A DNA stretch of 62,476 nucleotides from an uncultured virus (IMG/VR IMGVR_UViG_3300033076_001192) (Duplodnaviria; Heunggongvirae; Uroviricota; Caudoviricetes). Both the position numbers and the translations under genes were made by a program. The first letter of the stretch is position 1; each line of letters opens with the position of its first letter. Shown here in pieces: positions 57,820 through 62,476 of the stretch. The notes under the pieces are model-generated. The model was not told where the DNA came from. It saw only the letters and a program-made list of their open reading frames with translations, and did not search any database. Where the stretch lies: IMG/VR virus record IMGVR_UViG_3300033076_001192. One strand, given 5' to 3'.

Positions 57820-58257
57820 GTGGCTCAATTAATAAGAAAAATACGTAAAGAAAACCCTTATAAAATTCAAGACTATTCTAAAGCAAAAGAATTGTATGAT
57901 TCAAGAATTCCAATTGATTTATCAGAAGTAAAAGAAGGTAGTTACGTTTACAAAAATAGGGAAGAACCTGTTAAAGGTGAACGTTGGTGCGAGTATTTTA
58001 TTAATGAGTGTGGAACTGAAGGTATTTATAGGATAGATAAATGGCACGATAGTTATAAGTATTGGTCTGTTGAAGATTATACAGGGAATAGAAACACTTT
58101 TGGTAATTCTTTAGATGAAGAATCTTCTCGGTCTTTTCGTTTCGCCACAAAAGAAGAAATCCAGGAATTCAAAAATCGCCAAAAAGAATATAAAGCAAAA
58201 AGAAAAGAAATAGATAAGTTACAAAAACAAATAAGTAAATTGTACAAAGAGTTATGA
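57820..58257 (+). CDS. Hypothetical protein
   Basis: ORF track; RFATKEEI motif. Confidence 0.55.
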   Translation: MAQLIRKIRKENPYKIQDYSKAKELYDSRIPIDLSEVKEGSYVYKNREEPVKGERWCEYFINECGTEGIYRIDKWHDSYKYWSVEDYTGNRNTFGNSLDEESSRSFRFATKEEIQEFKNRQKEYKAKRKEIDKLQKQISKLYKEL

Positions 58258-58472
58258 CAGTAAAACAATTAATAAAAATATTTATGAGAGTTTTAGAATT
58301 ATTGACAGGATTTCATAAGATACATAGTATCAAATACAGTTATGGGTATAAAATACCTTTTACAAATTTTGGTATATTTTATAAGTATGGAATACAAAAA
58401 TTAGGAACATTTAAATCAAATAATGGACAACATAAAGATTACCATAACTGTACACTAACTAATATTTATTAA
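58254..58472 (+). CDS. Hypothetical protein
   Basis: ORF track. Confidence 0.45.
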   Translation: MTVKQLIKIFMRVLELLTGFHKIHSIKYSYGYKIPFTNFGIFYKYGIQKLGTFKSNNGQHKDYHNCTLTNIY

Positions 58473-58538
58473 ATATATTAGGCGGATAAACAGTTAATTT
58501 AAAATTCGGAGGAAAACAATTAGAAAATAAAAATTATT

Positions 58539-58847
58539 ATGAAATTAGGAGAATTTATAAAAAACTTTAGCCACAATAACTTAATAAGGTTACACTATAA
58601 AGATAAAGAAGGTACACAACTTGTATTAGAAGATTGGAATGATGTTTCAATGGATTGGGAGGTAAATTACCAAAAAGGAAAGTTTAGACACTATATTAAC
58701 AATGAAGTTTTAGGGTTAGTAGGAATTTATTTTAGTGGTAAACCATCCCACTATCCAGAAGCTTTAAATATTATAATTGAACGATTAGATAACCAACCAT
58801 TTTTAGAGGAGAAGAAAAGAGAAGAATTTTTCGCAGAAAATAAATAA
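58539..58847 (+). CDS. Hypothetical protein
   Basis: ORF track. Confidence 0.6.
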   Translation: MKLGEFIKNFSHNNLIRLHYKDKEGTQLVLEDWNDVSMDWEVNYQKGKFRHYINNEVLGLVGIYFSGKPSHYPEALNIIIERLDNQPFLEEKKREEFFAENK

Positions 58848-58864
58848 AAACAGAAAATAAAATC

Positions 58865-59131
58865 ATGACACTAGAAGAATTAAACCAAAACCAAGAAGAG
58901 ATATGTAATATATTATCTTCTACCTCAAAAAACTTAGAAAAATTATTAATAAAACTAATAGGAGAAGAATCTTTAGAAATTTTATCAGCATATCCAGTAA
59001 AAGAAGAAAAAGGATTAATAGACCAAATAGAGAATAAACAAACATTAACAAAATTTTATTTATATACACTAGACAGTCGTCTTAAAAGTTTAGAGAATTG
59101 TTTATACCTTCCTGAAAAACCAACAGAGTAA
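58865..59131 (+). CDS. Hypothetical protein
   Basis: ORF track. Confidence 0.55.
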   Translation: MTLEELNQNQEEICNILSSTSKNLEKLLIKLIGEESLEILSAYPVKEEKGLIDQIENKQTLTKFYLYTLDSRLKSLENCLYLPEKPTE

Positions 59132-59141
59132 AAACCACATG

Positions 59142-59172
59142 CCCCTTCCTAATATACAGGAGGGGTTTTTTG
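59142..59172 (+). terminator. Intrinsic terminator
   Basis: CCCCTTCCT-aatatac-AGGAGGGG followed by a T-run. Confidence 0.8.
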
Positions 59173-59298
59173 TTTTTAATACTACCCCCATGATTTTTAT
59201 ATTTTATACACGTAATTGTACTAAATTTTTATATACAACTTTTATAAAAAACCTAGGGGGTTATGTATAGGGGAGATATTAGAAACTTGGAATTTATA

Positions 59299-59370
59299 AA
59301 ATTTTTTATATGTGGCTTAGTGAAATTTTTTATACTTTGTTCTGTGAAATTTTCTATATGTGGCTCTGTG
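59299..59370 (+). repeat. Three tandem imperfect 24-bp repeats
   Basis: AAATTTTTTATATGTGGCTTAGTG / AAATTTTTTATACTTTGTTCTGTG / AAATTTTCTATATGTGGCTCTGTG. Confidence 0.8.
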
Positions 59371-59788
59371 GGGTAGCACTAATGCCAAACCTCGCACCCC
59401 TAAAATTGATTTTTTGGGTGCACCCCCTACCTAAGTACTATTTTATTTTTTCAAGGCTTTAGAACCAAGATTTTTTACTTTTATTTGGAAGTTTTATTTT
59501 GTTGTTGTTCTTTGTATTTTAGTTGTGTGTATTAGTTGTTATTTTTATCTTTTCTATTTTTTATTAGTTTGTTTTCTTTTATTGTGGCTTCTTTTTTTTG
59601 CGGAATTTTTAATTATTAATTGAATTGCGCGCACGTATACGAAAAACTTTTTAAATAAAAAAATTTATTTTACTTGTTTTGTATATATTTTTTATCTTAT
59701 ATTTGTATTATCAAAATGAAACAAGTTCTTTTTTTTAATGTAAGTCCAAACAATGCTTATTTAGAATGTTTCTAAATTTCATAAAAAG

Positions 59789-59819
59789 TTTGGTTATTAA
59801 AAAATAAGTTTTATCTTTG
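59789..59819 (+). promoter_or_regulatory. Sigma-70 promoter of the early-type region
   Basis: TTTG-N19-TATCTTTG. Confidence 0.7.
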
Positions 59820-60045
59820 CTATATCAAAATTAAAGTTCTTTGAAATATTGTGAACAAGTTATTAAGCGTTAAGCCTCCTTATTTAGTAAGTATGGAACG
59901 TTAAAGAGAATAACATTAAAACTATAAAGATGATTTATATTTTTAATTGTGGCGAAACTCCACGAAAAAATAAAAAATCCCTTCACAACTGAAAAAAGGT
60001 TGTAACATCGAAGTAATGAAGGGAACGAATTTAAAATATTTAATT

Positions 60046-60189
60046 ATGGTTACAATGGTAGAAATTCCCGATTTTGTTTATTATCAATATATAGATAAAA
60101 ACGTTTGCTTATTAGCCTTTAGTTTATCGGGGTTAATAGCACAAGTAAAGACAATTTATAATATTAACCTTTTAATCTTTTTAAACTAA
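60046..60189 (+). CDS. Small hypothetical protein (47 aa)
   Basis: Manual translation MVTMVEIPDFVYYQ...; TAATG coupling to the next ORF. Confidence 0.45.
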   Translation: MVTMVEIPDFVYYQYIDKNVCLLAFSLSGLIAQVKTIYNINLLIFLN

Positions 60190-60347
60190 TGGAACTAATA
60201 AAAGTAGCAATTTTGCAAGGACAAAAAACAGTAATAGTTAATAATATTTTATTTGAGCGTTTACCAGTTTGCCCAAGAGATACGCAAAAGAATCGGGAAA
60301 AATTCGCGGAAGAAAAAGCAAAAGAATTGTTTAAATTAATAAGTTAG
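60189..60347 (+). CDS. Small hypothetical protein (52 aa)
   Basis: Manual translation MELIKVAILQGQKTVIV... Confidence 0.5.
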   Translation: MELIKVAILQGQKTVIVNNILFERLPVCPRDTQKNREKFAEEKAKELFKLIS

Positions 60348-60419
60348 AATGATTTTAAATTAACTTTCACTATTGCACAATAAAAAATAAATAATTAACT
60401 TTACAAAAATATTTAAAAC

Positions 60420-60719
60420 ATGATAACAACTGAAAATTTAACAAGAGTAAATAACGACGTTAACGGTAATCCAAGATACGTAACGCATTTTTTAAACCTT
60501 ATAACAGACAAAGATGAGGAGCAAATAAAAATTGATTTTGCACTTACTTTACAACAAAACCCGTTTAAACGTACTAGTTTACTTTATGATTTAGCAATTA
60601 GTAAGGCAAGGAATTTAGGCGGTAAAAAGTATAGAGGTAAGGATTTTGGTGGCGGTATTGTATTCCAATCCTATAACACTCAAAACTTAGTAAAAAATTT
60701 AAACGAGCTTAACAAATAG
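60420..60719 (+). CDS. Conserved small phage early protein
   Basis: RVNNDVNGNPRYV.HFL and GGKKY.GK.FGGGIVFQSYN; function unknown. Confidence 0.7.
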   Translation: MITTENLTRVNNDVNGNPRYVTHFLNLITDKDEEQIKIDFALTLQQNPFKRTSLLYDLAISKARNLGGKKYRGKDFGGGIVFQSYNTQNLVKNLNELNK

Positions 60720-60767
60720 TAATAATATAAACGGGGGACAGCGGGGCAATACTGAACACTTTTAAAA

Positions 60768-61424
60768 ATGGCAACAGTTAAAAATATCATCGCTAAAATG
60801 TTAAAAGAAAATACGGGAACTCACTTTTTAGATAGTGGAGGCGATAACGGTCGAGCGTGGCAAAAAAATCAAAAAATAAACTTTGAAAAAACCCCACGAA
60901 TTGAAGTTGATAAATACGGGGTTACAGTTTCAACTTACCACTATTTAAGTGAAATTTTAGAACTTAATGAGGTAACTAAAAAAGTAAATAGTTTTATTAC
61001 TAAAAATAGACTTCATTGGGTTGATGAGGTAGCCGATGAATTAAATAATAGTGAAGTATTAAGCTATTTTTTAGATACTGAATTTAGTAAAACTACTAAC
61101 ACTTACAACGGTGAAAATAATTTAAGTCAAATTTTACTTTTTAAGACTTTTAAAGTAGGGCAGTCGGTTTATGTACTTCTGCAAATTCATAACGGGGCAG
61201 ATGTAAGGGGAGGTTATACAGATTGTAAATGTTTTAAATTAAACGGTTATTTAACGGGGTTAGTTGATATTTATGGGACTATTGAGGGTAAAGAAGTAAG
61301 CAACACTTATAATGGTTATTACTTAACGTGGGAAGAAACTAACGAGGAAGTAGATTTTGAAGTAGTTGATTTAAATACGGTTGAGGTTGATTTTTGTGTA
61401 ATGGAAGAAACTTATATGTATTAG
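60768..61424 (+). CDS. Conserved hypothetical phage protein
   Basis: ENTG.HFLDSGG..GR.WQ.N, NTYN.E..LSQ, H.GADVRGGYT. Confidence 0.7.
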   Translation: MATVKNIIAKMLKENTGTHFLDSGGDNGRAWQKNQKINFEKTPRIEVDKYGVTVSTYHYLSEILELNEVTKKVNSFITKNRLHWVDEVADELNNSEVLSYFLDTEFSKTTNTYNGENNLSQILLFKTFKVGQSVYVLLQIHNGADVRGGYTDCKCFKLNGYLTGLVDIYGTIEGKEVSNTYNGYYLTWEETNEEVDFEVVDLNTVEVDFCVMEETYMY

Positions 61425-61434
61425 TAGTAATTAT

Positions 61435-61459
61435 TCCCGCTCTTAATTTAGGGGCGGGA
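61435..61459 (+). terminator. Hairpin (terminator or processing site)
   Basis: TCCCGCTCT...AGGGGCGGGA; lacks a plus-strand T-run. Confidence 0.45.
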
Positions 61460-61476
61460 TAAAAACAAATAAAACA

Positions 61477-61653
61477 ATGACTACAATATTAAGAACTGTA
61501 AAAAATACCTATTGCGTTATTGATACTATTTATATAAATGGTAAGTTAATAGGGGAGCAAGGGAATTTAACAAATAGAAACCGTTACGGAGCAAAACAAT
61601 ACAATTATCAAGGTAAAATATTAAACGTTGATTTATGGAAAAAACAAAAATAA
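61477..61653 (+). CDS. Small hypothetical protein (58 aa)
   Basis: Manual translation MTTILRTVKNTYCVIDTIYINGKLIGEQGN... Confidence 0.5.
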   Translation: MTTILRTVKNTYCVIDTIYINGKLIGEQGNLTNRNRYGAKQYNYQGKILNVDLWKKQK

Positions 61654-61949
61654 AAGAGTTAACAAAAAAAGAGTATCAAAACCTTTTTAAAATGCTCTTA
61701 AAAAAACAAACAGATAAAGAAATCATTTTAGAAGATAATCTTTTAAATATAACCAAAAGAAAATCTAAAAGAAACTCTTTAAAAAATAGAATTAGATGCT
61801 ATCTTCAAACGCTATTTTCCACACAAATAAGAGAAGTAAAACAACCTTTGAATACTGGGATAGGGGTACGCCGTAAAAAGTTTAAAAACAAAGAAATTAT
61901 AGAGGTAAGCAACCCACAAACAGATTATAAATTTTTTAAAAGAATCTAA
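61635..61949 (+). CDS. Basic hypothetical protein
   Basis: ORF track. Confidence 0.5.
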   Translation: MEKTKIKELTKKEYQNLFKMLLKKQTDKEIILEDNLLNITKRKSKRNSLKNRIRCYLQTLFSTQIREVKQPLNTGIGVRRKKFKNKEIIEVSNPQTDYKFFKRI

Positions 61950-62030
61950 TCTTATTTTTAATGGTTCTAAATTTCGGCAAAAAGAAATAAAACAGTAGGA
62001 AATATCAAAACAAATAACTATCTTTACAGC

Positions 62031-62363
62031 ATGCAAACAACATATCACACAAAAGTAATAAACGGAATACCTTTAGGAATCCCAAATAAAATAAGCAAAG
62101 AAAACAAAGATTTATATATATCTTATAATAACAGAGATATAGCTTCTTATGGTTCAGATACCACCGCACTAGTTATTAATAGTACAGGTCAGTATTTAAT
62201 CTTAAACGGAGACCATAGAAAAAGTTACGATAGTTTAAACACTTTGGATGAGCATTTACAATACTTCTATACTAATATAGATAAAGTAAATTTTAGAAGC
62301 GAACATAATAAAGTATTTAAAATAGTGGATAATAAAGGGGTTTATGTTGAAGGAGGTTACTAA
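62031..62363 (+). CDS. Hypothetical protein
   Basis: ORF track; YISYN, YGSDTTALV, LILNGDHR. Confidence 0.6.
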   Translation: MQTTYHTKVINGIPLGIPNKISKENKDLYISYNNRDIASYGSDTTALVINSTGQYLILNGDHRKSYDSLNTLDEHLQYFYTNIDKVNFRSEHNKVFKIVDNKGVYVEGGY

Positions 62364-62476
62364 AATCTGGCGGTAAAAAAAGAAATTAAAAACAGAAATA
62401 AAATGAACACAACAGAAAACAATAAACTAATAGCAGAGTTTATGGGAGTATTTGATAAAATACTTTCAACAGGTAA

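Noticed and set aside
59299..59370. CRISPR or mini-array
   Set aside because: The repeats are directly tandem with no unique spacers, and there are no cas-like genes in the window.
37264..62048. Minus-strand ORFs within the plus-strand region (e.g. 37264-37485, 48254-48607, 56040-56369)
   Set aside because: Antisense shadows of better-supported plus-strand genes or RNA elements.

Overview
A very AT-rich segment of a lytic Crassvirales-like (crAss/phi14:2-type) phage that most likely infects a Bacteroidota host. The minus strand (1-36.8 kb) carries the late/virion module: GroES-like and small genes, terminase, portal, scaffold-like protein, major capsid, ring/hub/auxiliary capsid proteins, a GH19 lysis cassette, tail fibres, a 2159-aa muzzle-like protein, a virion lysozyme and a QEGG-repeat cargo protein that runs off the left edge. 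The plus strand (36.8-59.1 kb) carries replication and metabolism genes: a compact family-A-polymerase-like protein, SF2 helicase, RecA, PhoH, SSB, GroEL, a retropepsin, ThyX and several homing-type endonucleases. These are driven by repeated Bacteroidota sigma-70 promoters. A repeat-rich non-coding block (59.1-60.0 kb) may be a genome end or origin and is followed by early-type genes. The most unusual signals are two non-coding RNA islands. The first (37.17-38.09 kb) holds a closed ~110-nt RNA, a 5' half of an initiator tRNA cut at the anticodon loop by an EndoVII-like gene, and a structured leader (mini-ORF plus pseudoknot) ahead of the polymerase-like gene. The second (46.97-47.81 kb) is a string of folded RNAs around one intact tRNA, including a tRNA-like RNA with three T-loop hairpins. 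All product calls come from motif and synteny recognition by eye; no searches or folding programs were run.
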